DNA of 64,000 nucleotides from an uncultured Oscillospiraceae bacterium (GTDB taxonomy: Bacteria; Bacillota; Clostridia; Oscillospirales; Oscillospiraceae): assembly GCA_934573735.1 (NCBI GenBank), contig CAKTMC010000001.1:24689-88688 (forward strand), in the 5' to 3' direction. Of the stretch, positions 27,637-37,719 are shown piece by piece (within the stretch, counting starts at the first letter, position 1; every line of letters begins with the position of its first letter). The notes beneath the pieces were generated by a model, which saw only the letters and a program-made list of their open reading frames with translations, was not told where the DNA came from and searched no databases. The position numbers and the translations under genes were made by a program.

Positions 27637-29418
27637 TTATTCCTCGGTCTCGCCGACGAGGGCAATGTGCAGCTCGTCAAGCTGCTTCTGCTCGACGGTG
27701 GACGGAGCGCCCATCATAACGTCCTGCGCGTTCTTGTTCATCGGGAACGCGATGACCTCGCGGATGCTCTCCTCGCCCGAAAGCAGCATGACCATACGGT
27801 CAACGCCCGGGGCGATGCCGGCATGAGGGGGTGCGCCGTAGCAGAAGGCATTGTACATGGCGGGGAACTTCTTCTTCACGTCCTCCTCGCCGAGTCTGAC
27901 AAGCTCAAAGGCCTTTATCATAATTTCGGGGTCGTGGTTACGCACTGCGCCGGAGCTGAGCTCAACGCCGTTGCAGACAAGGTCATACTGGTCGGCGGTG
28001 ATGGTCAGCGGGTCAAGCTCGCCGCGCTCCGCCTTGAGCAGCACCTCAAGACCGCCGGAGGGCATGGAGAAGGGGTTGTGGCAGAACTCAAGCTCGCCGG
28101 ACTCCTCGCCTATCTCGTACATCGGGAAATCGACTATCCAGCAGAACTCGTAGCGCTCCTTGTCCATATGACCGGGAACCGCCGCGCCGAGCATCTTGCG
28201 CATAACGCCGGCGGTCTTCTGCGCCTCGCCCTTGGTGCCGGCGGCAACGCCGACAAGACAGCCGGGCTTGAGATTGAGCTTTTCGATGACGGCATCCTTG
28301 CGGTCTGCAAGGAACTTTGCAACGCCGCCCGCCAGCTCGCCGTTCTCGTCAAGCTTAAACCAGTAGGGCTTGCGTCCGGACTGCACCTCAACGTCGGCGC
28401 AGAGCTTGTCGATATGCTTACGGGTCAGGTCGCAGTCGGAGACGACGACGGCCTTGACGGTGTTGCCCTCGGCAAAGGGCGCGAACTCTACGCCGCGGAC
28501 AAGCTCGGTGATGTCCTCGACGATGAGGTCGATGCGAAGGTCGGGCTTATCGGAGCCGTACTTCTCCATGGCCTCAAGATAGGGGATGCGCTTGAAGGGC
28601 GCGGAGGATGCGATGTTATACTTGCCGTACTTGGCAAAAATCGGGGGCAGCACGTCCTCAAGAACGGCAAACACGTCGTCCTGAGTGGCAAAGGCCATCT
28701 CCATATCGAGCTGATAGAACTCGCCGGGGCTGCGGTCGCCGCGCGCGTCCTCATCGCGGAAGCAGGGCGCTATCTGGAAATAGCGGTCAAAGCCTGCGGT
28801 CATGAGAAGCTGCTTAAACTGCTGCGGCGCCTGCGGCAGAGCATAGAACTTGCCGGGGTGCTTTCTTGCCGGAACCAGATAGTCACGCGCACCCTCGGGA
28901 GAGGAGGCGGTGAGTATCGGGGTAGTTATCTCAAGGAAGCCGTGCTCGGTCATCGCCTGACGCAGTGCGGCGACGACGTTGCAGCGGAGAATGATATTCT
29001 GCTTGACGGCGGGATTTCTCAGGTCAAGATAGCGGTACTTCAGACGCGCGGACTCGTCGGCCTCGCGGCTGCGGTTTATCTCAAAGGGCAGCTCGTTATA
29101 GCGGCACTTGCCGAGTATCTCTATCTTTTCGGGGACGACCTCGATATCGCCTGTCGCCTGCTTGGGGTTTTTGCTGGCGCGCTCGCGGACGACGCCCTCG
29201 ACGGAGATGGTGCTCTCCTTGTTGACGGAGTGGACTATGTTCATCATTTCCTCGGTCTCAACGACGACCTGAGTGGTGCCGTAGAAATCGCGGACGACGA
29301 CAAAGGCAAAATTACTGCCGACCTCGCGGACGTTCTCCATCCAGCCGACGATTTTTACCTTTTCGCCGGCGTTTTCAAGCCGCAGCTCGTTGCAGGTGTG
29401 TGTACGGGACTGAAACAT
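27637..29418 (-). CDS. aspS: Aspartate--tRNA ligase
   Basis: 593 aa; OB-fold N-terminus, class II motifs, GAD insertion domain; immediately downstream of hisS. Confidence 0.9.
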   Translation of the reverse strand: MFQSRTHTCNELRLENAGEKVKIVGWMENVREVGSNFAFVVVRDFYGTTQVVVETEEMMNIVHSVNKESTISVEGVVRERASKNPKQATGDIEVVPEKIEILGKCRYNELPFEINRSREADESARLKYRYLDLRNPAVKQNIILRCNVVAALRQAMTEHGFLEITTPILTASSPEGARDYLVPARKHPGKFYALPQAPQQFKQLLMTAGFDRYFQIAPCFRDEDARGDRSPGEFYQLDMEMAFATQDDVFAVLEDVLPPIFAKYGKYNIASSAPFKRIPYLEAMEKYGSDKPDLRIDLIVEDITELVRGVEFAPFAEGNTVKAVVVSDCDLTRKHIDKLCADVEVQSGRKPYWFKLDENGELAGGVAKFLADRKDAVIEKLNLKPGCLVGVAAGTKGEAQKTAGVMRKMLGAAVPGHMDKERYEFCWIVDFPMYEIGEESGELEFCHNPFSMPSGGLEVLLKAERGELDPLTITADQYDLVCNGVELSSGAVRNHDPEIMIKAFELVRLGEEDVKKKFPAMYNAFCYGAPPHAGIAPGVDRMVMLLSGEESIREVIAFPMNKNAQDVMMGAPSTVEQKQLDELHIALVGETEE

Positions 29419-29448
29419 GTTTATCCTCTTTTCTCTATACCAAATTGA

Positions 29449-30807
29449 TTAATTCTCTTTTATAACGGCGGTGCGGTTCCGCTCGTCGACGGCGGCCTTT
29501 ATCATCGCCGCGGCGTCCGCGGGGGTGAGCTTGACCTGCTCGCCGGAAGTCATATTCTTGACGGAGACGACGCCCTCGTTTATCTCGTCCTCGCCCAGCA
29601 GCACCGCAAAGGGCACGCCGATTTTATCGGCATAGCTCATCTTCGCCTTGAACTTTTTCTTCTCGCAGTAGAGCTGAGTGCGCACACCGGCGGCGCGGAG
29701 CGCGGTCGCGGCGGCAATGGCGGCGGCGGGCTCCTCGGTCATCGGTATGACCAGCGCGTCACAGGGGGCGGTCACCGTCTCCTCGGACAAAAGCCCCTGC
29801 TCCTGAAGGACATAGAAAAGCCTCGTAAGACCGATGGATATGCCCACGCCCGGAAGCTGCTTATCCGTATAATAGCCCGCAAGGTCGTCATAGCGGCCGC
29901 CGGAGCAGACGGAGCCGATCTCCGGATGCTCGGTCATTTCCGTCTCGTAGACAGTGCCGGTATAGTAGTCAAGCCCGCGCGCAATGGTCAGATCCACGGC
30001 AAAGTTCTCCTCCGGCACGCCGAAGTCCTTGAGGTAGCGCGTGACCGTGATAAGCTCGTCAAGCCCCGTATCAAAGGTCTCGTCCATGCCGCGATAGCGC
30101 TCAAGAGCGGCTATGACCTCGGCATTTGTGCCGCTTATCGCCATAAAGTCGAGCACGTTTTCCGCCTTGCAGGGCAGCATCTTGACCTCGTCGATAAGAA
30201 GCTGGCGCACCTTCTCGGCGCCTATCTTGTCCAGCTTGTCCACGGTGCGCATAATGTCGCCCGCGCGCTCGCTCATGCCGTTCATGGAGTAAAAGCCGTT
30301 GAGTAGCTTTCGGTTATTGACCTTGATTTTGAACCTTGTGATGCCGAGGGTGGAGAAAGTGCGGTAGATTATCGCGGGTATCTCCGCCTCGTTTATAATG
30401 TCAAGCTTGCCGTCGCCGATGATGTCGATATCTGCCTGATAAAACTCGCGGAAGCGGCCGCGCTGGGCGCGCTCACCGCGGTAGACCTTGCCTATCTGGT
30501 AGCGGCGGAAGGGAAATGCCAGCTCGGAATAGTGCGCCGCAACGTATTTTGCCAGCGGCACGGTCAGGTCAAAGCGCAGCGCCAAATCGCTGTCGCCCTT
30601 GGTAAAGCGGTAAATCTGCTTCTCCGTCTCGCCGCCGCCCTTGGCAAGCAGCACCTCCGCCGACTCGATAACGGGAGTATCGAGCGGAGTGAAGCCGTAA
30701 ACCGAATATGTCTCGCGCAGAATATTCATCATGCGCTCAAGCTGCATCTGCGGGGCAGGCAGCAGCTCCATAAAGCCGGACAGAGTCCGGGGCTGTACTT
30801 TTGCCAT
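29449..30807 (-). CDS. hisS: Histidine--tRNA ligase
   Basis: Class IIa motifs including QADIDIIG and GGRYDDLAG, C-terminal anticodon-binding domain. Confidence 0.85.
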   Translation of the reverse strand: MAKVQPRTLSGFMELLPAPQMQLERMMNILRETYSVYGFTPLDTPVIESAEVLLAKGGGETEKQIYRFTKGDSDLALRFDLTVPLAKYVAAHYSELAFPFRRYQIGKVYRGERAQRGRFREFYQADIDIIGDGKLDIINEAEIPAIIYRTFSTLGITRFKIKVNNRKLLNGFYSMNGMSERAGDIMRTVDKLDKIGAEKVRQLLIDEVKMLPCKAENVLDFMAISGTNAEVIAALERYRGMDETFDTGLDELITVTRYLKDFGVPEENFAVDLTIARGLDYYTGTVYETEMTEHPEIGSVCSGGRYDDLAGYYTDKQLPGVGISIGLTRLFYVLQEQGLLSEETVTAPCDALVIPMTEEPAAAIAAATALRAAGVRTQLYCEKKKFKAKMSYADKIGVPFAVLLGEDEINEGVVSVKNMTSGEQVKLTPADAAAMIKAAVDERNRTAVIKEN

Positions 30808-30902
30808 CAGGAGATTTCCTTTCTTCTATTGCATATTTATAGCAAAATGCCTGTGGCGCGGCAAAAACGCCGCGCCTGAATGTCTTGGGCTTGTATGCTC
30901 GG

Positions 30903-31307
30903 TCAGCGCTTCTGCGGATTAACGATATTACGCCAGTCGAGGTCGCCGCGGCGCAGCCCCTGTACAAGCACCTCCGCCGTGGCGGCGTTGGTGGCAAAGG
31001 GTATCTGATACTGGTCGCACAGACGCTCGATTTTATTGATATCGTCGAAGCCCTTGGGATTTGCCGGGTCGCAGAAGAAGAGCACAAGGTCGATCTCGTT
31101 GAAGGATATGCGGGCGCCTATCTGCTGTGCGCCGCCCTGATCCGCATGAAGATACAGCGTTATGGGAAGCCCCGTCGCCTCGGAGACAAGCTTGCCGGTG
31201 ACATGAGTCGCACAAAGGGAATGCTCCGCCAGTATGCCGCAATACGCAATGCAGAACTGAACCATCAGCTCTTTCTTTCTGTCGTGTGCCATCAATGCAA
31301 TATTCAT
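30903..31307 (-). CDS. mgsA: Methylglyoxal synthase
   Basis: 134 aa, MNIALMAHDRKK opening and catalytic His/Asp context typical of MgsA. Confidence 0.85.
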   Translation of the reverse strand: MNIALMAHDRKKELMVQFCIAYCGILAEHSLCATHVTGKLVSEATGLPITLYLHADQGGAQQIGARISFNEIDLVLFFCDPANPKGFDDINKIERLCDQYQIPFATNAATAEVLVQGLRRGDLDWRNIVNPQKR

Positions 31308-31404
31308 CGTTTTCTCCGTTTCTCCTGTCTCTTGGGTTTTGTCCTATCGAATTATAAACAATTTTTTTGAAAACATCAATATTTTTTATGCTTTTCTGCA
31401 AATT

Positions 31405-33531
31405 TTATTTCAAAAGCGCCATTTCCTGCTCGGAGGTATTGCTGAAGCTCCTGATATTGAGGTAAACGTCCACAATCTGGCGGGCAATAAAGCCCACGGA
31501 GGCGCCGGCGTGACCGCGCTCAACGACGACCGCGACCGCGATTTCCGGGTCCTCAAAGGGGGCGTAGCAGATAAACAGAGCGTCGTTCTTGATGCCCTCG
31601 CCCTTCTGCGCCGTACCGGTCTTACCGGCGACGGTGACTGCACAGTCGTAGAAGTTGAGGTAGTTTGTCTCGTTCATCGGCTCGTTCAGAACCTGCTTCA
31701 TGCCCTCGTGCACGGCGTCCCAGTTATACTGCGGGCTTTCCACCGTGCTCAGCACCTCTGCCTTGCGCTCGTATATCTTATCGCTGTAATCGTAGCTTCT
31801 TACGCTCTTGAGTATGGACGCGGAATGGCGCGTACCGCCGTTTGCGACGGTGGCGCAGTACTCGGCAAGCTGGAGCGGCGTAAAGACGCTGTCCGACTGA
31901 CCGATGGCGGCCTGCAGCGTATCACCTATACGCCACTCGCTGCCGGCGTAATCCTGGTGGTTTGCGGCGTTTGACATATTGCCCTTCGTCTCGACAAGCT
32001 CTATGCCGGTGCTGACGCCGAGACCGAAGGCGCGGGCATATTCGCCCAGCGTGTCGATACCGAGGTCATGACCTACGGTATAGAAGAAGTAGTTGCAGGA
32101 GTCACGCAGCGCGGTAGTTACGTTTTCCTTCGGGTGAGTGAAGCCCTGCGACCATATCCAGCACTCAGGCGCGTAGCCGTCGGCGGCGTACTTGGTGAAT
32201 ACGCCCTCGCACTTTATCTCGGTCGAGGTATCAAGGTCAACCTTATCGCTCGTCAGCGCAGCAATAGCCGTGCAGGGCTTAAAGGTGGAGCCGGGGGCAT
32301 ATGCGCCCATGAGCGCACGGTTAAAGAGCGGGGTATTGTCCGCCTTCATAAGCTCGGAGTAGTTTTCGATTATCGTCGTAACGTCGTAGGTAGGCCAGCT
32401 CGCTATCGCAAGCGGCTCACCGGTCTTGACGTTTACAACAACGGCGGCAGCGCCGGTTATCTCGTACTTGCCGTCCTCAAATTCCCACATTCCCTTGGCC
32501 ATCTGCTCCATTTTCTCGTTCTCGCGGGTTCTTATCAAGGCGTTTACGCCCGCGTTCAAAACGCGCTCGACCGCTTCCTGGAGGTTAATGTCCAGCGTGA
32601 GATAGATATTGTTGCCCGGGACTGGCTCCTTTGTGTAGAAGGTGCTGAGTATGGTTCCGGAGGAGTTTTTCATCTCCTCCACCTCGCCGTCCTCGCCGTG
32701 GAGATACTTTTCAAAGGCGTTCTCCGCGCCGTCCTTACCGACCATCGCGTCGTTTGCGTAGTTGAGCAGGGAGTATTTCTCATACTCCTCCGTGGTCATA
32801 AGGCCGACGTAGCCGAGGATATGCGCCGCGTTCTCGGTATGGTACTGGCGCGTAAAGGAGCGCTTGACCTCGATGCCGTTGAGCTTATTTTCCATAATGG
32901 AGCTTATAAGCTTCATGCTCGCATCCTGAACAAACACATATTCGCCGGTGTTGACGGCGTAGCGGACGTTTATAGAATAGCGAAGTCCCGCTATCTTGCG
33001 CATCTGCTCTGCGGAATACTCGTTTGATATGCCGTAGCGCGTGCGCATATAGCTCATAAGCTCAACCGCCGTGGGGCTTGCGGAGATTTTTGCCTCCTTG
33101 AAGTCCGAGGCCTTGTCCTTGAAATACGCCTCGAGCATGGTGCGCTGAATGTCGCTCATTTCGGTGTATTCAAAGGGCGGCTCGGTCGTTATGGGCAGGT
33201 CATCCGTATAGGTATCGCCAAAGCCCTCGACCATCTCGATAAGCTCAAGAATGACCTCGTTCGGGTCCTCGTTTGCAAAAAGCTTTGTGCTGTCGATAAC
33301 GAGGTTATAGCATTCCTTATTGCTTATAAGCAGACGGCCGTAGCGGTCAAGGATATTGCCTCTTGCGGCGGTGACAACGCGAGTTTCTTTTGTTATGGCG
33401 CTGCTGCGGTTATAATACTCCGTACCCTCGACTATCTGCACCTGATAAAGAAAGTATGTGTAAATCGCAAGCAGCAGCACCAGCAGTATCGCCATAGCGG
33501 CGAGTCTGCCGGGTTTGATGAGTTTTTTCAT
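31405..33531 (-). CDS. mrdA: Penicillin-binding protein 2 (peptidoglycan D,D-transpeptidase, elongasome)
   Basis: N-terminal TM, dimerisation domain, transpeptidase motifs STFK, SxN region, KTG(T); located after mreCD. Confidence 0.85.
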   Translation of the reverse strand: MKKLIKPGRLAAMAILLVLLLAIYTYFLYQVQIVEGTEYYNRSSAITKETRVVTAARGNILDRYGRLLISNKECYNLVIDSTKLFANEDPNEVILELIEMVEGFGDTYTDDLPITTEPPFEYTEMSDIQRTMLEAYFKDKASDFKEAKISASPTAVELMSYMRTRYGISNEYSAEQMRKIAGLRYSINVRYAVNTGEYVFVQDASMKLISSIMENKLNGIEVKRSFTRQYHTENAAHILGYVGLMTTEEYEKYSLLNYANDAMVGKDGAENAFEKYLHGEDGEVEEMKNSSGTILSTFYTKEPVPGNNIYLTLDINLQEAVERVLNAGVNALIRTRENEKMEQMAKGMWEFEDGKYEITGAAAVVVNVKTGEPLAIASWPTYDVTTIIENYSELMKADNTPLFNRALMGAYAPGSTFKPCTAIAALTSDKVDLDTSTEIKCEGVFTKYAADGYAPECWIWSQGFTHPKENVTTALRDSCNYFFYTVGHDLGIDTLGEYARAFGLGVSTGIELVETKGNMSNAANHQDYAGSEWRIGDTLQAAIGQSDSVFTPLQLAEYCATVANGGTRHSASILKSVRSYDYSDKIYERKAEVLSTVESPQYNWDAVHEGMKQVLNEPMNETNYLNFYDCAVTVAGKTGTAQKGEGIKNDALFICYAPFEDPEIAVAVVVERGHAGASVGFIARQIVDVYLNIRSFSNTSEQEMALLK

Positions 33532-33541
33532 AGCTTTTCCC

Positions 33542-34036
33542 TCATTCTATCCACTTGGCCGGCGGGAAATACACCAGCACAGCCGGCGGCAGTGACCACA
33601 GCGTTTGCAGCAGCACGGTGCCGAGCATGGAAAACGCCCAGCCGTCCGAGGCGGCAGTGCCGAGCATCTGCACGACGGCGCATACAAGGCTTGCGGCGAG
33701 CGCCGCGCCCATATACGCGAAAAAGCGGCGGTTTATGAAAAACTGCGACACAAAGCCCGCAAAAAAAGCCACGGCGGGCAAAAGCAGCGTAAACATGACG
33801 GTGGCTTCGACATAGTCCATGTCCGCCAGAATTCCGAGCACAAGCCCGAACAGCGCGCCCCAGCTTGCCCCCTCAAACATACCTACCGCGACCGCCGCCG
33901 CAGGAAGCACCATGGGACACACGCCGAAGGGACGTATCCGCGTAAACACCGTGTTTTGCAGCATAAGCGTCAGCAGCAGGAACACCGCGTACCACAGCAG
34001 GCGGCGCGGGTTTATCTTCCGTAAAAATTCCTTCAA
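33542..34036 (-). CDS. mreD: Rod shape-determining protein MreD
   Basis: 164 aa polytopic membrane protein directly downstream of mreC. Confidence 0.75.
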   Translation of the reverse strand: MKEFLRKINPRRLLWYAVFLLLTLMLQNTVFTRIRPFGVCPMVLPAAAVAVGMFEGASWGALFGLVLGILADMDYVEATVMFTLLLPAVAFFAGFVSQFFINRRFFAYMGAALAASLVCAVVQMLGTAASDGWAFSMLGTVLLQTLWSLPPAVLVYFPPAKWIE

Positions 34037-34039
34037 GGC

Positions 34040-34927
34040 TCACTCCACCACTTCAAAGCTCTTAATAACGAACACCTGCACCAGTGACTCAAAGGCACAC
34101 TGCGGCTGCACGATGCCGTATTCTATCTGTCCGCCGGCCTCGGTCTGCACGGCGCTTATCTTTCCTATGACAAGTCCCTGCGGGAAGGCGCCGCCCTGAC
34201 CGGAGGTCAGCACCTCGTCGCCGACGAATATCTGTGCGCCGTCGGCAAGGAAGGTAAGCTTTGCCTGCTTGTTCTGCATCAGCGAGAACTCGCCCATGAC
34301 CATGCCGGAGGTACCGGTATTGCCGACAAATGCGCCCACCGACATATCAACGTCGATAAGCGTGCTGACGGTGGCCCATGTCTCGCCCAGCTCCGTCACC
34401 TGTCCGACCAGAGCGCCGTACTCGGTGATTACCGGGTCGCCGTACTCGATGCCGCTGGACGCGCCCTTACTTATCGTAAACGAGGACGACCAGTTGGACG
34501 ACGACCAAAGGACGACCTTGCTCGACTCCAGCTCATAGTCCGTGTGCTTTGCGCGCAAATTCAGCGCCTCGCGCAGTCGGACGTTTTCCTCGCTGGCGCT
34601 GATGCCGTCGCGCGCGGCCTGCTGCGCTTCGGCAAGCTGGGCGCGGAGCGATTCGTTATCCGCCAACAGCGAATCGTACTCAAACAGATATCCGTAAATC
34701 GTATTGAACCAGTTGACGGTCGAGCTCATGGCCTTTTGTATAGGCGCCTTGATTATACCAAAGGCGTTCTGGCTGAGGCTTATCTTGCCGTTTCTCGCCG
34801 CCGAGCCGAAGCCGATTATCAGCGCCGCCGCCGCGACGATTATGCCTATGCGAATTCCGTTTTTCTTCAGATATTCTTTCAAAGCAGAATCACTCCCTGT
34901 TCCTTCAGCATTGCGCCGAGACGGCAC
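34040..34927 (-). CDS. mreC: Rod shape-determining protein MreC
   Basis: N-terminal TM, coiled-coil (LRAQLAEAQQAARD), beta-rich C-terminus. The annotated ATG overlaps maf by 48 bp; a TTG at about 34876 overlapping the maf stop is an alternative start. Confidence 0.8.
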   Translation of the reverse strand: MPSRRNAEGTGSDSALKEYLKKNGIRIGIIVAAAALIIGFGSAARNGKISLSQNAFGIIKAPIQKAMSSTVNWFNTIYGYLFEYDSLLADNESLRAQLAEAQQAARDGISASEENVRLREALNLRAKHTDYELESSKVVLWSSSNWSSSFTISKGASSGIEYGDPVITEYGALVGQVTELGETWATVSTLIDVDMSVGAFVGNTGTSGMVMGEFSLMQNKQAKLTFLADGAQIFVGDEVLTSGQGGAFPQGLVIGKISAVQTEAGGQIEYGIVQPQCAFESLVQVFVIKSFEVVE

Positions 34928-35451
34928 AGCGGCAGACCCATGACGTTGAAAAAGTCGCCGTCGATGCCGCGCACAAACAGCGCCGCCTTACCCTGCGCGC
35001 CGTATGCTCCGGCCTTGTCCATCGGCTCGCCGCTTGCGATATAGCGCTCTATCTCGTCCTCCGCAAGCTCGCGGAAGCAGACGACGCTGCGCTCCGCCCC
35101 GCTTATTTTGCGCCCGTTTTTTATCACGACAACGCCGGTATAGACCTCGTGCGCCTTGCCGGAGAGACTTCTCAGCATCTCCGCCGCGTGCTCTTTCGAA
35201 TGGGGCTTACCGAAAACCTGCCCCTCGTGCCATACGATGGTATCCGCCGCGATTATAACATCCTCCGCCGCGCACTGCGCCGCGACCTCGCGTCCCTTTG
35301 CCGCCGCAAGCGCGACGACCAGCTCCGCAGGACCTGCGCCCTCGGGCGCTATCTCCTCGCCCTTGGCGGGGATTATCTTCATATCTTCAATGCCGAGCAT
35401 CTCCAGCAGCTCTTTTCTGCGCGGAGAGCCCGACGCCAAAACGATGGACAT
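34879..35451 (-). CDS. maf: Maf-family nucleoside triphosphate pyrophosphatase
   Basis: MSIVLASGSPRRKELL opening (the SGSPRR signature), 190 aa. Confidence 0.9.
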   Translation of the reverse strand: MSIVLASGSPRRKELLEMLGIEDMKIIPAKGEEIAPEGAGPAELVVALAAAKGREVAAQCAAEDVIIAADTIVWHEGQVFGKPHSKEHAAEMLRSLSGKAHEVYTGVVVIKNGRKISGAERSVVCFRELAEDEIERYIASGEPMDKAGAYGAQGKAALFVRGIDGDFFNVMGLPLCRLGAMLKEQGVILL

Positions 35452-35505
35452 AACAAAAAACCTTCTTTTACTACTATTATAAAATATATCCCGTAAGCGA
35501 ATATA

Positions 35506-37596
35506 TCAGTCTACGCCGCGGTAATAAAGCCCACGGGTCAAAACGTTCGGCTTATAGTCGGTGATGCCGAGATAGCCCTTTGCGACCTCCACGCACTCAC
35601 GCGGACTTTCGGTGGTAAAGAGCATACGCAGCCCCCATAGCCCGAGCGCATACAGATCGTCGCGCTTGTCGGCAAGATAGAGCTTATGCGCGTTATATAT
35701 CACATTGCGGCAGCCGAATTCCTTGACGACCGGGAACACCGAGCCCATGCGGTCGGCAAGCTGCCCCGGAGTCTGACAGGCGCAGCGCCCCGCACTGTGG
35801 CGGATGATGCACTGGTCGGAGACCATGAGCGGCAGCCGTCCGTATATGATAAGCTCCGTATCCAGCGGCTTTGCCATGGCCTTTATCTGCGTCAGACGAA
35901 GCTCAAAGGATGCCGTCGCCGAGAGAAAGCCCGCGTCCTTGAGCACTCCGAGCGTATATGAGTTAAAGGCGTTGAGCCCAAAGTCTCCCCTGACCTTCAT
36001 GCCCGCCTGCCGCGCCATGAACACATGACCGAGATTGCCGGCAAGCGCCTCATTCACGCCAAAGTCAAAGAGCTTTTCAAGCGCGGTATATACCTCGCGG
36101 CTCTGATCGTCCGTAATAATGCGCGGCAGCACCGCGACCGGGCGCACACCGTTTTCTATAAAGGGGCGCAGCGGGTCAAAGTTCTCCGCAAGCTCCAGCG
36201 CGGGGAAATATATATAGTCCGGCTTCAGCGCCGCAAGCTCCGGCGTTAGCTGCTCGGCAGTCCTCACCTGATATATGCGCGCAGGGTCGGATATCGCCGG
36301 GACGTTTGCGGGCGGGGCTGGCAGCTTCATCGTCCTGCGCGGCGCACTTTTTTCCCGCTCCGCAGAGAGCTGAGCGATAAGCTTACGGCGCAGCTCGTTT
36401 ATCTCGGAGGCGGGGAGATAAAGCCCCGGCTCCGCCTTCGCCTTATTCTCGACGCAGTTATACGGCGTACCGCCGGTTTTGAACATCTGCTCGGTCAGGT
36501 ATTGCTCGGTAAGCCCCTGACGCTTTGCCCGCTCCGGCACGGGGCCGGTGGCAATGGCCTTATGCCCCTCATCATCGAAGGCAATGGCCTTTATATGCTC
36601 GCCCTTTTCCAGCACCGTGTAAAAATGCACGGGCACGCGGCGCAGCTCGCCCTCGGCGTACTGCTTGCGGGCATTTGAGAATATCTTCTCCGCATCCTTA
36701 TCCGGCTCCTCGCGGACGCCGAACATATCCAGCTTATCGCCGATGAAATAGCCCTGAGTGAAGCCCTGACGGGAGAAGGTCTTTTCCAGAAGCTCCATCT
36801 CCTCCTTTTCGGGGTTGCGCTGCTCACGGAGAGCCTTTGCGTACACGCCGGTGACTATGCCGGTGTATTCGGGACGCTTCATGCGCCCTTCTATTTTAAG
36901 GCTTGCAACGCCCGCCTCCTCAAGCCTGCGTATCTGCTCGACAAGGCAGTTATCCTTGAGTGAGAGCGGATGGTCGTCCATGCGCCCGCCGAGACTGTAT
37001 TGCAGGCGGCAGGGCTGCGCGCAAAGTCCGCGGTTTCCGCTGCGGCGGCCGATGAGGGAGGACATATAGCACTGCCCGGAGTGGCAGAAGCAGAGCGCGC
37101 CGTGAACAAAAACCTCCGTCTCGATGGAGGCGTTCTGCGTAATGAACCTTATCTGCTCAAACGACAGCTCACGCGCAAGCACTGCGCGGGTCATGCCCAT
37201 TTCGGCAGCAGCCTCAACACCGGCCAGATTATGCAGGCTCATCTGCGTGCTCGCGTGCAGCGGAATATCCGGCAGCGCACAGCGTATCGCATAGGACATA
37301 CCCAGATCCTGCACTATAAGCCCGTCGGCGCCCGCGTCGGAGGCTATCTTTGCCGCCGCGACAGCGTCGTGCATCTCTCGATCGTTCACGAGGGTGTTGA
37401 GCGTGACATATACCTTGCAGCCGCGCACATGGCAGTATCGCACCGCCTTCACGAATTCCTCATCTGTGAAATTTTTTGCGCCGCGACGTGCATTGAAATC
37501 GCCCATGCCCATATAAACGGCATCGGCGCCGTTCTGCACGGCGGCAATTACGCCCTCCGGAGAACCGGCCGGGGACAACAGCTCAATCATGCTCAT
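35506..37596 (-). CDS. U32-family peptidase-like protein (collagenase-like; tandem U32 + DUF3656-like C-terminus)
   Basis: 696 aa; conserved U32 Cys cluster (CFCHSGQCYMSS, E..C..C). Confidence 0.75.
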   Translation of the reverse strand: MSMIELLSPAGSPEGVIAAVQNGADAVYMGMGDFNARRGAKNFTDEEFVKAVRYCHVRGCKVYVTLNTLVNDREMHDAVAAAKIASDAGADGLIVQDLGMSYAIRCALPDIPLHASTQMSLHNLAGVEAAAEMGMTRAVLARELSFEQIRFITQNASIETEVFVHGALCFCHSGQCYMSSLIGRRSGNRGLCAQPCRLQYSLGGRMDDHPLSLKDNCLVEQIRRLEEAGVASLKIEGRMKRPEYTGIVTGVYAKALREQRNPEKEEMELLEKTFSRQGFTQGYFIGDKLDMFGVREEPDKDAEKIFSNARKQYAEGELRRVPVHFYTVLEKGEHIKAIAFDDEGHKAIATGPVPERAKRQGLTEQYLTEQMFKTGGTPYNCVENKAKAEPGLYLPASEINELRRKLIAQLSAEREKSAPRRTMKLPAPPANVPAISDPARIYQVRTAEQLTPELAALKPDYIYFPALELAENFDPLRPFIENGVRPVAVLPRIITDDQSREVYTALEKLFDFGVNEALAGNLGHVFMARQAGMKVRGDFGLNAFNSYTLGVLKDAGFLSATASFELRLTQIKAMAKPLDTELIIYGRLPLMVSDQCIIRHSAGRCACQTPGQLADRMGSVFPVVKEFGCRNVIYNAHKLYLADKRDDLYALGLWGLRMLFTTESPRECVEVAKGYLGITDYKPNVLTRGLYYRGVD

Positions 37597-37643
37597 ACCT
37601 CTTGCATTATAATACAGAGTAGATTATAGCACATATATACCTA

Positions 37644-37672
37644 TTGCGACAAGTTAATTTTGATGGTATAAT
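37644..37672 (+). promoter_or_regulatory. Promoter TTGCGA-N17-TATAAT upstream of the dnaD-like gene
   Basis: Consensus -10 with a 17-bp spacer, in the divergent intergenic region shared with the U32 gene. Confidence 0.6.
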
Positions 37673-37719
37673 ATGTACCCAATCAAAATTTTTCGTAAAC
37701 AAATCGGAGATATAGCCCA

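Noticed and set aside
27667-29448. 593-aa plus-strand ORF exactly mirroring aspS
   Set aside because: Antisense shadow of aspS; the minus-strand frame carries class II aaRS motifs.
30808-30902. Possible T-box leader upstream of hisS-aspS
   Set aside because: The intergenic region is only about 95 bp and lacks the GGGUGGUACCGCG T-box sequence. The GGCGCGGC-N6-GCCGCGCC hairpin there is more simply the mgsA terminator.
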